A stretch of DNA of 31,595 bases from Paraphysomonas bandaiensis (Eukaryota > Protista > Chrysophyceae), in NCBI GenBank assembly GCA_965644295.1, contig CBFFRP010000623.1, positions 1 through 31,595 on the forward strand, read 5' to 3'. Of the stretch, positions 1-11,464 are shown piece after piece; positions within the stretch are counted from its first letter, which is position 1; each line of letters begins with the position of its first letter. Made by a program: the position numbers and the translations under genes. The notes beneath the pieces were generated by a model that saw nothing but the letters and a program-made list of their open reading frames with translations, was not told where the DNA came from and searched no databases.

Positions 1-166
1 TGTACAAACCACCCACTCAGTGATCGTATCCTGTATAGTCATCCACTTCTACTTCAGTTTCATACTACATAATATAATGTACTAATTACATATATATCTT
101 TCGATCCTTGCATCTCACATAATACTGCACTCAATTGCAAGTATATAGAATCTTCAGATCTCAACA
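1..166 (-). repeat. 3' LTR (partial; continues left of the window)
   Basis: Identical to 3974-4139. Begins TG at 166 on the minus strand, immediately after the PPT. Confidence 0.93.
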
Positions 167-175
167 CTCCCCCTC
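167..175 (-). other. Polypurine tract (GAGGGGGAG)
   Basis: Minus strand reads ...AATTGAGGGGGAG|TGTTGAG, a typical copia PPT-LTR junction. Confidence 0.9.
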
Positions 176-1648
176 AATTGAGTGTTCGAACATTCAGAAA
201 ATGTTCCATCTCGCCCATATCCTTCATATCAAACCGGGCACACAGTTGAGCTTTAATATCCTTCACTATGTTGACATCACGACCTAACACTAGGATATCA
301 TCCACATATATCGTTAATAATATCAATTCATCGCCCTTATACTGATAATACAAACACGGGTCTAATACACATGGTTTAAAATGCATAGATCGTATGAATT
401 TATCCAATGTTTTCCACCACGACCGCGGGGAACTCCGAAGCCCGTATAACGACTTCTTCAGCTTAAAGCAGTACCCCTCAGGCAGCTGAAAGTCCGGAGT
501 TGCCTTCATATATACGTCCCCCTCTATATCTGCATATAGAAATGCGTTAGACACATCCAGTTGATGAATTACCATGTTCATCACGAAAGCTATGGCGATT
601 AACAGTCGCACTGTTACCCCCTTAACAACGGGTGCGAAATGGTTCGCCCAACCACTCGACTGCTGTCCACAACCGATTGCTACAAGACGAGCCTTATATC
701 GGCGGACCTCTCCCTCCTTATCGTACTTCTTTCCATAGACGTACTTGGAGTGCAGTGGGACGACTCCGTCCGGTATACGAGTCACCTCCATGGTATCTCG
801 CTTCGCCAAACCCTCTCGCTCTACACGGCGAGCTCGTCTCCACTCCCTGTGCTCGGCACTCTCCAAGGACTCACGATGTGTCTGAGGCACTGTCGACTCT
901 TCCGCTGACATCCACACTGAGTCTGCCTCCTGTAAAAGGTCACTCACATCACTCTCATCACTCAAATGATGGATTTGTCCTAACACCGACACATTCGTTA
1001 CCGTCCTTGGAGTTCTTGCGCGTTTGCCGTGCGGATGATTCTCGGCAGGGGTCCCTTCCCCCGAAGGTAATGCTGAGTCAGCCTGGGACTGCACCTGCCC
1101 ACTTTCCGACTGCTGTGGCACCACTCCGCTGATACCGCCGTCACGGTTGTCAGTAACTCTGGCCCTAACCACCCTCTGCGCAAGATCCTCTGTCATCTTC
1201 TTGATGTCAGCAATATGAATAGGAGTTTTATCCTCCACTTGAACCTGGTTACCAGTAACCAACGACCGGTATCCCACAATAAGTCCCTTCCTTATCACCA
1301 CTCTGTTAGTCTTGTATAGCAGACCACCATCCTCATGGTGCTTTCCGATAAGATACTCAAACTCACCCGGTTGACGAGCCTCGGGATCTATAGCCACTTG
1401 AGCCTCCTCCAGCTCTCTATAATAATCCTGAGACCTCTCAGGTACCGATTCATCAAATAATACATGTACAGAGTGTACTACGGTGTCCCCCACTAGCACC
1501 TTGTATCCTTTTCGATCAGCTGGATACCCTATGAAATAACCTGTCATTGCTTTGTCCTCCCAGTCCTTCCTCCTGTCGGCCTTGGGTGTTAGCACATATG
1601 CTTTGCACCCCCATTTCCGTAGCCACGATAGGCTGGGAACGCTCCCCC
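174..1648 (-). pseudogene. Copia pol, distal part: integrase C-terminus, linker, and C-terminally truncated reverse transcriptase (RVT_2 type); no RNase H
   Basis: Motifs LSWLRKWGCKAYV and GYFIGY (post-IN region), YKARLVAIG, HQLDVSNAFL, LKKSLYGLRSSPRSW, YVDDILV and FDMKDMGEMEHFL, then a stop codon overlapping the PPT. Confidence 0.9.
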
Positions 1649-3862
1649 TGGGACACACTCATATGGAGACATCCATCCTTGCCACGTCCGAGTTGGCATT
1701 CGTCGCACAATGTAACATGCAGTTTGATAAGCATCAAACCAGAACGACTTTGGAAGTCCAGATGCCGTCAACATCGTCAGTGTCATCTCCCCAATTGTTC
1801 GGAATTTCCTCTCAGACACCGCGTTGAGCTCTGGCGTGTCTCGTGTTGTATGTGACACCCGAGTCCCATATCGCTGCAACAGATACTCTCTTATCTGCTG
1901 ACTAATAAGTTCGGATCCTCCATCGGCATGATACTCCACTATACGGTTCCACCCCTCGTACTTCACTAAGTGGACCTCGCACAAGTGTCGTAGACATTTG
2001 AACACCTCCTCTCCGCTTCGAGTCCTCAATCCATATTCCCATATCATCTTTGTTGCTAAGTCCGTAAATAGGAGCACGTACTTATACCCTTGTCTGGATT
2101 CACAATTGAGATAGACGGAGATGTCCGCTGTTACTCTTTCCAGGAACCTGACTGCGCTTAGCTCTTCGTTGTCCCGTGATTTGAACGAATGCCTGGTTAT
2201 CTTCGCCTTGGCACACCATTTACACAGGGGTTTCTTGCAACTCTTCTCCTTTGCCTTCGAAAGGTGATGTCGTTGTAGTCCTGATCCTCTGAATAACATG
2301 TGTCGGTGAGCTTCTATTAACTTCGATTTCGAGACATGTCCAGTACGCTCATGTAAGCGATCCAACGCATCTTGTCCTGTATTATCCGACAAATTTACCT
2401 CCTCCATCTGATTGCACATAGACACATTTGGCAGATTTAACACCTCCATCAAGTCCACATACGGCATTCCTCCATGCTCATCGTACTCTCCAGTCAACAC
2501 CTCGTTTCCAGAGTCCAATTCCACGATTTTAGGCTTTCGAAGCAGTTGTAATCCGTATCCCATTGATCTCAGCATTCCTCCTGACACAATGTTCTTCACC
2601 GCTTCTTCACTAACTCTGATGTCTCTCCATTCCCCGAATGTACCAGTTCCCTGTGTCTCCAATTGAGAACCCTTTCTAGTTAGTTGGATTGCCCCAAACT
2701 CAGGAGTAAATGACTCCAGTGCAATTTTATCCTTTACTATAAACAGTCTTTTACTTGCACAACTGTCCAGATATACACGAGGTTCTTCCGACGTATCCAC
2801 CGATAGCAAAACCTCTTCTCCAAACATATTCGCTTCATCATCCGACGACTCTCCGTCGTTGACGTATTTCTTCCATTCTGTCTCGAATTTCCTGTTCGAT
2901 TTTCGAGGATTCTCATTATCCGGGTTTTTTATGTTCTTCCGTTTTTTCGACTTGCACTGTCGGGCTTTATGACTAAAATCTCCACAGATATGACAACCAG
3001 TATAATCCTTTGATCCTGGCTGCTGCACACTCTTCGAAGCCTTTTCCTTTGTCTTCCCTTTTCTTTTGAACTTGTCCATTTTTCTTTGTCGTTCCTTAGC
3101 ATAACAATTCGCTGCTACATGTCCCTTCTTCCGACAAAATGAACAAACCACTGGCTCCTTCGACGCCGTAAAATTGATCTCTTCAGATTTGTCTCCCTTT
3201 AGTTTCTTCAGCTGCGTCATAGCCTCGTCATACTCTTCACAAGCCTCTTTCACCGAATCAAATGTAGTTGTTGCTTTAGGCATCATCGCTACCGACATCC
3301 ATAAATCATGTAATTCCTCTATCTGCAGCGCTGCTTTTATCTTTGCTAATTTACTTGCCTCTGTCTGCGGTTGTCCCAATTTTATGAGCTTCTGGATTAT
3401 ACCGTTCAGTCGATCTACCCCAACAGACACCTTTTCCCCCGGCCTTATTTTGAACGAATGGTATTCTGCCGTAGTCTTCTCCAATACAGTCCCAATCTCG
3501 CCTCTGAACCTATCAACCAGTGTCTGAAGGAGCTCACTGGATAACACCTCCTTAGCAGGATCATCAGCAGGTAAAATTGCCTTCCCCTCCAAATATTGAT
3601 TGGCTACCTCCAACACATCAGGGTCATGCTCGCAAGCCTCCCAAATAGTACTAACACAGGTATCATTACGCTCTCTCCATGACTCTAAATTCCTTCCTCC
3701 GGCTGGCGGGTCCTCCAAGCCAAGATGGTTTCGGTTTTTCTTCATTAGATGCATCTTGATTTTTCTCGCTGAATAGTCTGCTTGGTTCTTGTCAAACCGT
3801 AGCTTCTTGTCATCTTCCCCATCCCTACAACTATCACTCGCTACCATAACAGAAGTTGACAT
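1589..3862 (-). CDS. Copia gag-protease-integrase polyprotein (frameshifted relative to RT near 1644-1648)
   Basis: Zinc knuckles CSFCRKKGHVAANC and CHICGDFSHKARQC; protease VYLDSCAS; HHCC LHERTGH...CKWC; integrase core TADI / HADGGSEL / PELNAVSERKFRT. Confidence 0.93.
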   Translation of the reverse strand: MSTSVMVASDSCRDGEDDKKLRFDKNQADYSARKIKMHLMKKNRNHLGLEDPPAGGRNLESWRERNDTCVSTIWEACEHDPDVLEVANQYLEGKAILPADDPAKEVLSSELLQTLVDRFRGEIGTVLEKTTAEYHSFKIRPGEKVSVGVDRLNGIIQKLIKLGQPQTEASKLAKIKAALQIEELHDLWMSVAMMPKATTTFDSVKEACEEYDEAMTQLKKLKGDKSEEINFTASKEPVVCSFCRKKGHVAANCYAKERQRKMDKFKRKGKTKEKASKSVQQPGSKDYTGCHICGDFSHKARQCKSKKRKNIKNPDNENPRKSNRKFETEWKKYVNDGESSDDEANMFGEEVLLSVDTSEEPRVYLDSCASKRLFIVKDKIALESFTPEFGAIQLTRKGSQLETQGTGTFGEWRDIRVSEEAVKNIVSGGMLRSMGYGLQLLRKPKIVELDSGNEVLTGEYDEHGGMPYVDLMEVLNLPNVSMCNQMEEVNLSDNTGQDALDRLHERTGHVSKSKLIEAHRHMLFRGSGLQRHHLSKAKEKSCKKPLCKWCAKAKITRHSFKSRDNEELSAVRFLERVTADISVYLNCESRQGYKYVLLFTDLATKMIWEYGLRTRSGEEVFKCLRHLCEVHLVKYEGWNRIVEYHADGGSELISQQIREYLLQRYGTRVSHTTRDTPELNAVSERKFRTIGEMTLTMLTASGLPKSFWFDAYQTACYIVRRMPTRTWQGWMSPYECVPGGAFPAYRGYGNGGAKHMC
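3829..3846 (-). other. Putative primer binding site, tRNA-iMet type (TGGTAGCGAGTGATAGTT)
   Basis: The reverse complement reads as a tRNA 3' end: T-stem strand CTATC + 7-nt acceptor strand ACTCGCT + A + CCA. It resembles the eukaryotic initiator-Met PBS pattern TGGTAGC...GATGGTT. Confidence 0.7.
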
Positions 3863-4139
3863 TATTTGCTAAGGTTTACTATTCTCAACTGATAAGATGA
3901 AATTATAAACATTACATGATAAAGAACCTAAGTTGTGTTCGATGTGTTCAACACCATTCATTTACTACTATAGTGTACAAACCACCCACTCAGTGATCGT
4001 ATCCTGTATAGTCATCCACTTCTACTTCAGTTTCATACTACATAATATAATGTACTAATTACATATATATCTTTCGATCCTTGCATCTCACATAATACTG
4101 CACTCAATTGCAAGTATATAGAATCTTCAGATCTCAACA
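3847..4139 (-). repeat. 5' LTR (outer end 4139 firm; inner end uncertain, ~3847 if next to the PBS or 3890)
   Basis: 3974-4139 duplicates 1-166. An alternative terminus ATCTTATCA at 3890 is an imperfect inverse of TGTTGAGAT. The predicted 5-bp TSD is CTCAT (4140-4144), and its partner lies outside the window. Confidence 0.8.
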
Positions 4140-4575
4140 CTCATATTACCCCTGCCCGTATAAATGGCATGGCTGATTACTGCAGCGCAGCACACCTGTC
4201 CTCCCAGACAGCTTCCTTACAGCTTTTCTAACAAGGGAGTGTTCGAGTCATATACCAGGTCGATTAAAATTAGAGCATACAAAGATAGCTTAATTCTTTA
4301 CATTCACAGAGCAAGTATTGTACGGGATTCCATACAGCTGTAGCAGGGAGCATCTTATATGTACAGTGAGTAGTACTTTCACTCATGACTACGCAATTCA
4401 TCGTACTGTCGCTGAAACAGTGGGATAGCCAAGTAATACTACAGCTAAGCTAGACGACATAAGCTATTAGCTGTCAACATGCATTAACTACAATGGTAAA
4501 TTCTAATGCAGTATGATAACTCTATCATCGCAACTGGTGCCAAAGCAGCAGTGTTTCCGAAGAATTTAAAACTAT

Positions 4576-5287
4576 CTATGAGTCCCAGGCATCCATTACA
4601 GGTGATGCAGTGGTCGTCTTCTCTTGTCTAGTTTTATGACGTGCAGCTGGCCGTATCTTTATCCCCAATGCCGCCCCTATCATTCTATTGGCCACCCTGC
4701 TGTCGATGTCAGGCTTGAAGCTCCTGACTAGCGCAACTGCAGCTAAACTCCTTGTAACTTTCCAGAAATATAATCATCTAATCATTCCCACCTGACTCTA
4801 TTTCACTTCGAAGAGAGGCATCTCTGAATTCAAACTCGTTCAACATGCACGCCTTGAGAGTAGGGTGAGTGGCCTGAAGGGCAGAAGCTGCCTTTCGAGA
4901 GGAACTGTACGCAATAAGAACCAGGTCACAACTATCTACAGTGGCCCCTCCTAACCATTTAGATTTACCTCCACTTTGGTAGTATCGAGATAGCATGTTC
5001 TCCTTAGCGTGAGGAGGTGCGGCAGAGGGGAAACCGTTAACTACAATGCAGCAAGATTCAACTTCACTATTAATGGAAGACGTATTTTTGTCATCTTCTA
5101 ATTCACGGAGAGAGAGTTGGTTCATGGATGCTTCCAAGTTATCAGCATAGGCCCTTTCTTTCAAATTAGCCTCTTTTCTTGAACTTGAGCTGGACACTTT
5201 CATTGTGGATTCTTCTCTTTTTCGATTTCTGAGTGCTGGACACACATAAGGCTCTATTGGCTTTTTAACTTTAACTTTCTGATCCAT
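4576..5287 (-). CDS. R3HCC1/R3HCC1L-like protein (degenerate RRM-like region plus conserved C-terminal motif), 2 exons
   Basis: N-terminal YVCPALR and LIAYSSSRKAASAL. A GT-AG intron at 4737-4791 joins in frame to ...FKPDIDSRVANRMIGAALGIK...MDAWDS*, resembling the R3HCC1L C-terminal 'VARR(L/M)xxxALG...DAW' motif as recalled. Confidence 0.65.
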
Positions 5288-5579
5288 AGCAATGATATCC
5301 GTTACTGTTTGAATCTGTAAAATATGATAATTTAAGTGAGTGGGTTGTGTTGGAGTGTGGGGCAGATGATTTACAAAACTGGCACGAAAAGGTGACAGGA
5401 ACTTTCAGTTTTCAGTTTTCAAATACTGCGACCATAAAAGATGCGATGAAGGAGTGCACATCACCAGCAGCGGAGTTTTTTGATTAAGAACGAAAAAGAA
5501 AAATAGACGGCTGTGGCGGCAATGGTGATTATGATTTCTCACAAGTCCATGCTCTAATATTTACCACTCTACTTTAGCC
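5288..5579. promoter_or_regulatory. Probable bidirectional promoter region
   Basis: 292 bp between two head-to-head start codons (5287 minus, 5580 plus). Confidence 0.5.
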
Positions 5580-6750
5580 ATGGATAAGGTTAAGCAAGCT
5601 TTCGACGAAGCGGCGTCTAAAATTCCTAAGGGAGTGCCGAAGGGTGGAGGCCCAGGTGGAGGTGCTGGAAAACTTTTAGCCAAATTTGCCGGACTAGCGT
5701 TAGGACTTGGCTTTGGTGGTTACGGTTTATACCACTCGATTGTCACAGGTTAAGCTTTACGTAATAGTAAACATAAATAATTTCTAGTTTAGTGAGACCT
5801 GGACATTTGGGAGTTATTTACAATAGATTTGGAGTTGGGGCGCAGCAGGGTATCCAGGAAGTGGGCGTGTGCCGAGAGGGGTTAAATTTTGTCATCCCAT
5901 GGTTCCAGAGGGCAATTATCTATGATGTTAGAACGAGACCGAAGCTCATTAACTCCACCAGTGGAAGTAAAGGTAAGGTTATAGTATGTAGCGTAGTAAT
6001 GACTGAGAAAATTGTACAGATCTTCAGATGGTAGAGATCTCCTTGCGTGTTCTCTTCAAGCCCGATCCCCATAATCTGCCTTTTATATACCGTCGACTTG
6101 GATATGGTTGAGTACTCATACCTCATTTTTTATGCCTGTAATTCCTGTTTCAGACTTCGATGAGCGCGTGCTTCCATCTATCGTCAACGAAGTAACCAAG
6201 GCTGTGGTCGCCCGTTTCAATGCCTCCGAGCTTCTTACTAAGCGTGAGGCAGTCAGTAAGATGATCCGCGATATGCTCATGCAGCGGGCAGCCGACTTTC
6301 ACATTTTGCTAGACGACGTGTCTATTACTCACTTAGCCTTCTCCAAGGACTACACGGCTGCTGTGGAAGCCAAGCAGGTTGCACAACAGGACGCTGAGAG
6401 GGCTCGCTACATTGTGGACAAGGCTCTTCAGGAAAAAAGAAGCATCGTTATCCGTGCTGAGGGAGAAGCCGCCGCCGCGGAATTGGTCGGAAAGGTGAGT
6501 TAGTATAGTAGAGTGTGGTCATGTCAAGTCATTCGTATTCTGTTAACGTAATTGACGTGTGCAGGCCATCCAAGCGAATCCTGCCTTCATTCAGCTTCGC
6601 CGCATTGATGCTGCCAGAGATGTGGCGAGCATGGTTGCTGGTTCTCAGAATAAGGTGTATCTGAATGCCGATAATCTCCTCCTCAATCACTTGGGAGAGG
6701 CCCCGGAACAGGTGGCAGAGATGAAGGGAAACAAGGGCTGGTTCTGGTAG
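5580..6750 (+). CDS. PHB2: Prohibitin-2 (SPFH/band 7 family), 5 exons
   Basis: Exons 5580-5748, 5793-5972, 6020-6106, 6154-6494 and 6565-6750 join in frame via GT-AG introns. Motifs [53 protein letters not shown] and [13 protein letters not shown]; the N-terminal extension and C-tail are PHB2-like. Confidence 0.92.
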
Positions 6751-8506
6751 ACAGAAGACTTGTTTACGTAATCACTGGAATGAACGCTCGATATGGTACC
6801 AGGCACCAGTCAATTATTGATTATTTCCCTCTCATTAATTGTATAATATAATAATGAGGCATTATCAACCTAAAAGAAGATACCTGCCCTCTTGAGACTT
6901 TATAGTGTATTTTTGCCCCTATCTATATCACGCCACTCTCTTGTTTTCATATTAACAGTTGGTGATAATACGGCACTTAGAGACAGTTCCTCTTTAGATT
7001 ATATATGGTGCTATGATATATTTGAAATATAGAGGCGTCTAGAACTAGAAATTATTGAGTGGTGATAGTGGAGCCAATCAATGTAACAAGTTGCAATGAA
7101 TACGAGAATTCGATATTACAATTTTTAGTTTGGGTGTGTTGATTACAATGTTTAGTCTAAGTATCTCAGTTTAATATTAAAACTATCTAGAAGGGTAAAC
7201 TTTGTAAACACAGTGTTCAATTAAAATTGTGACAACTGCCTTGTTTTGTAGATTGCTTGTACTTCAACTTTAAACCAGGCAATAATTTGCGATCAGACAA
7301 AATCTTATACAAGCACTACATTTCAGTTAATTTCACATATATCATTCGTCTACATTACACACAAAACATCGTTGTGTGTGTCATTAGTCATTAGAACTGT
7401 GTAGCAACGCATGTGGCTACGTAGCTACAGTATTATATATGTAACAGTCGTAACCAAAGTATTTAATCATAGAATTATTAGTTCAGCGTCAAAAAATCAT
7501 TATCCCCTGTCAAGTAAATGATGTCAGTTAGTACCATGCACCAACAAGGCCTCTCAAACCCAAATTGCAGAAGAACAATAGGAGAAGAACGGAGATACAT
7601 GTACTCTTTCTATTTTAATTTCTTTGATACCTAATTTCTAGTTCTTTAGGTTGCTTAAGGTACTCTAGTTTACAAAGGTCATGCTTCTTGCGCACTGTCT
7701 GCCCAGGAAGGAGAGGTGGCTTTGCATAACATAGTCAGATCTCTGTCAATGCACCCCGAGACATTTCATTGAGAAACATGCTGGCATCAAGTAGCACCCC
7801 AGAAGGAAAGAGTGAATAGGAATGTATTTCCACTTCAGCCGCATTACTTGGAAGTGGAATGAGCTGTGAAATTATTGAGCGATGATAGTCAAGTATCACA
7901 GATGTAGTATCGAACTAACAACGAACGGCATTTCGAGAGATGGGTTCGGTGTTCTCATTAAATGATAGCTCACAAAAATTACCTGGACAAAGTTTTCTAG
8001 AACCTCACTGCTCATACCAAAGATAGAGAAAATTTAGTTCTGCCGAATACAGATTGCAGTCATTAGAAAACAGTTCTGATGTGTCCTGTGCAGTACGAAT
8101 ATCAAAGCAGAAAAGGGATTGACCCATTCAAACTTTGAGTTCTTACTAACCCATCCACACACAATCCCATGGTTAGATTATGTACTAATTTATATTGCAA
8201 TTGTAGTGACGTTACATGCATACGCATAACAATATCTGGACATCAGATACAGCCACCATCAGCGCCAAATGATGGGGGTATACCATGGTACTGTATACCA
8301 TACATGTACAGTACATGTACATGGTGAAAAACAACACACACACTCCTATCATACAGTAGGGATTCTGACTGCTGCTGCGGTACTGTATACAGCGGGCTGA
8401 TGCATGGACAAATATCATCAACAGCTATGGCTGCATCCTGACTTAGACCTGAAGTCATGGCACTGCGGAATATAGAACTATAACCACCCTATCTGATAAG
8501 AGTCTC

Positions 8507-11291
8507 ATGATGGGGAGAGGGTTTCGATGGGTGCACGTGCTTCTATTAATTAGTATAATATCTTTATGCTTTTATTCCTGGTATGAGTACAGCACCAGCG
8601 CAGAGTTGGATGTCACAGTCTCTCATACTTCTTTCGATATTATGAATGCAATTCAGAGCTGGGAAAAGTACCAAATTACGAAAAATTCAATTGATGTAGA
8701 CACCCCTAGAGGGGACGGGTGCGGTCCCGATGATGCAATCATTTCATTTTTAATTCCGTCTACATTTCGAGCGAGTTTATCGTTCACACTTCAGTCTCTC
8801 ATTCAGCAGACAGATTGCCGTTGGAGAGCAATAGTAATTTACGAGAGTCCATTTCGTGATGGGAAACCGTCAGGTGTTGTTAACACACTCCAAGAGCGCC
8901 CTCCTGTCCACTTCTCACTTTTACCGTTGACCGTTATAGCGGATGAAAGAATTCAGTTCTTAGAGGTTTACAATTGTGATGCTGTTGTGAACTATGCTGG
9001 GCGTATTCGAAATCTTGCCATGGCGCATGTTGTCACAGAATGGGTTGGTTTTGTTGACGACGATGATACACTAACCTCTGATTATGTATCACGCCTTAGC
9101 ACAGAGGTTGAGCTCAATCCACATATCCAGGTAGTGATATTTCGAATGCTTTGCTCTACCTGCTATGCTCCCATTATTCCACCTGAGTCGCATATCAACT
9201 TCATGCGAAGTTATGTTGGAATCGCCTTTGCCCTTAGAAGGAATGTATACACTTCATATCCATTCCCCACTGGACCCAATGAAGATTTTTGCCTGCTGTA
9301 CAACATACGCAACGGCGGTCACGCGATATCTCTCTCCCCATTTATAACATATCTCGTTAAGGGATCACATGCATGGTGGTATTCCTCCATATTAAAGAGG
9401 CATAGAGATCGGTACTTCACCCCGCAACCCAAGATCAATCGTTCGCTGATATCAGTCCCTGCGGGGTTTTACCCTCTTACATGCCAACAGAAAGTGACAC
9501 CTTCTTCCTGGGAAAGTATAGAGGCATCACATACAAAGGTGATACTCATTGTATACTTAAGCCTTTGTGCATATAAACGTGGTGTTAAATTGCTGTCGTT
9601 ATGTACTGTTCGATTTATGTAGCGTTTACTGTAATTATTATTGTTAGGGATTTGTATTTCCTGAGAAAGACAACTTGATTTTTCGCCCATATATCCGTGG
9701 GTTACAGAAATCCCTAGCACAGGCAGTGGAGAGGGGATGTCTATTGGCCTCTTTGATGCAACACACGATGGTTGAAATTCATTTCGCCTATGATACTCCC
9801 GTCACGAAGGGAGTGCCGTATATTCAAATTCAAGTCGAGCAGATCCATGCTTCAACACAGGTTTGAGTAATATACATTTTAAAGGTATTTTTGAATATAG
9901 TTTCGTCAGACATACCGACAGACAATTACCGAAAAGTATGTGCGTAAGTTGAGACATGCTCTACAAGTTTGGGTTATCACACCATCACACTTTGAGTTTG
10001 TATCGAGGTATCTTAGAATTCCGCAAACTTACTTCGTGTCCCTCTGGCACATGATTGACTCGGATAGTACATCAGAATCTGTATGTAGATATCAGAACAG
10101 AACTGATTGGAAACGAAGAAAAGATAATGGAGGGTCTATTCAAAGGAAATGCGTATCAGCGGATGTAAGGCATATTCCATTGCACTCAAGTAGTTACAGG
10201 GAGGTTGCATCTGATCACGACCTCGCAAGATGCTTTCTGCCTCCGATAGGATGCCCTCCTTTTCCCACTCCCAATGTTGTCACCCCATGTCGCCTACCTA
10301 AAGGTGAAGTCCCAGCAAACATAGGTTAACGAAAGCATATATCTTCAACATGTGCTCATTTGTATTGATGTGTGTATAAGAAAGTCTGATTATTACATGA
10401 GAACGGTTGTGTACAGATGATGTGTGTATACACTAGAGTAAGAAAAGTTCACGCTCTGTGAGCAGGATGATCTAATGTAGTAAAATGTTTTGACAGCCTT
10501 TATATATGGAGATCTCAGCAATAGTGAGGGAGACCGAAGTTTGAAACTTTGCCGCCATCTGCAGAAAGAACTCATGTCATTGGGAGATGATGAGATCAAT
10601 AATACATTACCATTTGATTGTTTTTACGGGATTTTTGGGCCGTACCTCGACAAAGTTCTCTGCAATGCAGACGTTGTTTTGATTGACCGATTTTATTACT
10701 TTGGGGCCCTTGAGTTTAAAGGTATTGACCCACTATTGAAGATGGGTAAAGCTGTGGTATCGATGCCCACCCAAGGTACCATAGAAGCGCTTGTGTTGTA
10801 TTGTGTTGTTACTTTCAGGTGCCTTTAAACGTGGACGTATGTATGATATATGTATTAACTCGTACATCTGGGCTATATTTGACTTGACTGTTGTCACTCT
10901 TGCAAGATTTAGAGATGAGAAATTTGTACGGTGATGCTGTTGTCTTTGCGGAGAGTTACACTCACGTTGTTGAGATTGTAAAAAACTTGCTGTCGAACGC
11001 GACGCTATTGCAGGAAACCCAGTCCACAGGAAAGAGATTCATCGATCAACAAGTACGTTTGCGTTTATTATTGACTGATGTCAATTCGATTTAATAGTTG
11101 TGATGTAGACCTCGAACATCTACTCCGTATGTCGGGCGCTTTCTGACCTGCAAAAGAAGTTGCTCGCGCACTCACGTGTGGAAGTGTCATTCAAGCCGTT
11201 AGAATCGCCTTCGCAAAAAAAGAAGAGAAAATATAGCCAAAAGCAGTCTCGGAAATTTCGGCCGATTCCTCCTTCTCCATCACTTCCCTGA
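8507..11291 (+). CDS. Type II membrane glycosyltransferase: GT2/GT-A domain plus a possible degenerate GT-B-like C-terminal domain; multi-exon (internal junctions approximate)
   Basis: N-terminal TM anchor (WVHVLLLISIISLCFYSWY); ISFLIPSTFR...LQSLIQQT..W; AGRIRNLAM; WVGFVDDDD (DXD); EDF. Co-oriented ORF pieces from 9675 to 11094 are flanked by GT/AG sites. The last exon 11109-11291 ends in TGA. Confidence 0.75.
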
Positions 11292-11464
11292 TACGAACTT
11301 ATTGAACACCTGAATACGTCTGAGCAATAGGTCTTTCGTACCTCTGTGTATTACTCTTGTGTAGTATATTAACATATTCGTTTTAGTTTTATTTTATATA
11401 AGTTACAAAATAGATAATATGCTAAAGTGCTTTTAATGCATCATTTTTAATGATGTCGAATTCC

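Larger units (their letters stand above)
1..4139 (-). mobile_element. Ty1/copia LTR retrotransposon, recent insertion, defective (frameshift; RT C-terminus and RNase H missing); 3' LTR cut by the window start
   Basis: Direct repeat 1-166 = 3974-4139 with no mismatch seen, starting TGTTGAGA on the minus strand. Domain order is gag(2x CCHC)-PR-IN-RT, which is the copia order. PPT abuts the 3' LTR and a PBS-like 18-mer is present. Confidence 0.96.

Noticed and set aside
1-6. TGTACA at the window start as the true LTR end (166-bp LTR)
   Set aside because: No PBS follows the equivalent position (3973) in the 5' LTR, so the identity most likely just runs off the window edge.
632-3527. + strand ORFs overlapping the retrotransposon
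   Set aside because: Antisense to gag-pol, with no recognisable motifs.
8212-8458. Small minus-strand ORFs and short palindromes (GTACTGTA...TACAGTAC) upstream of the GT gene
   Set aside because: No homology cues or convincing splice structure; cannot be supported as a gene.
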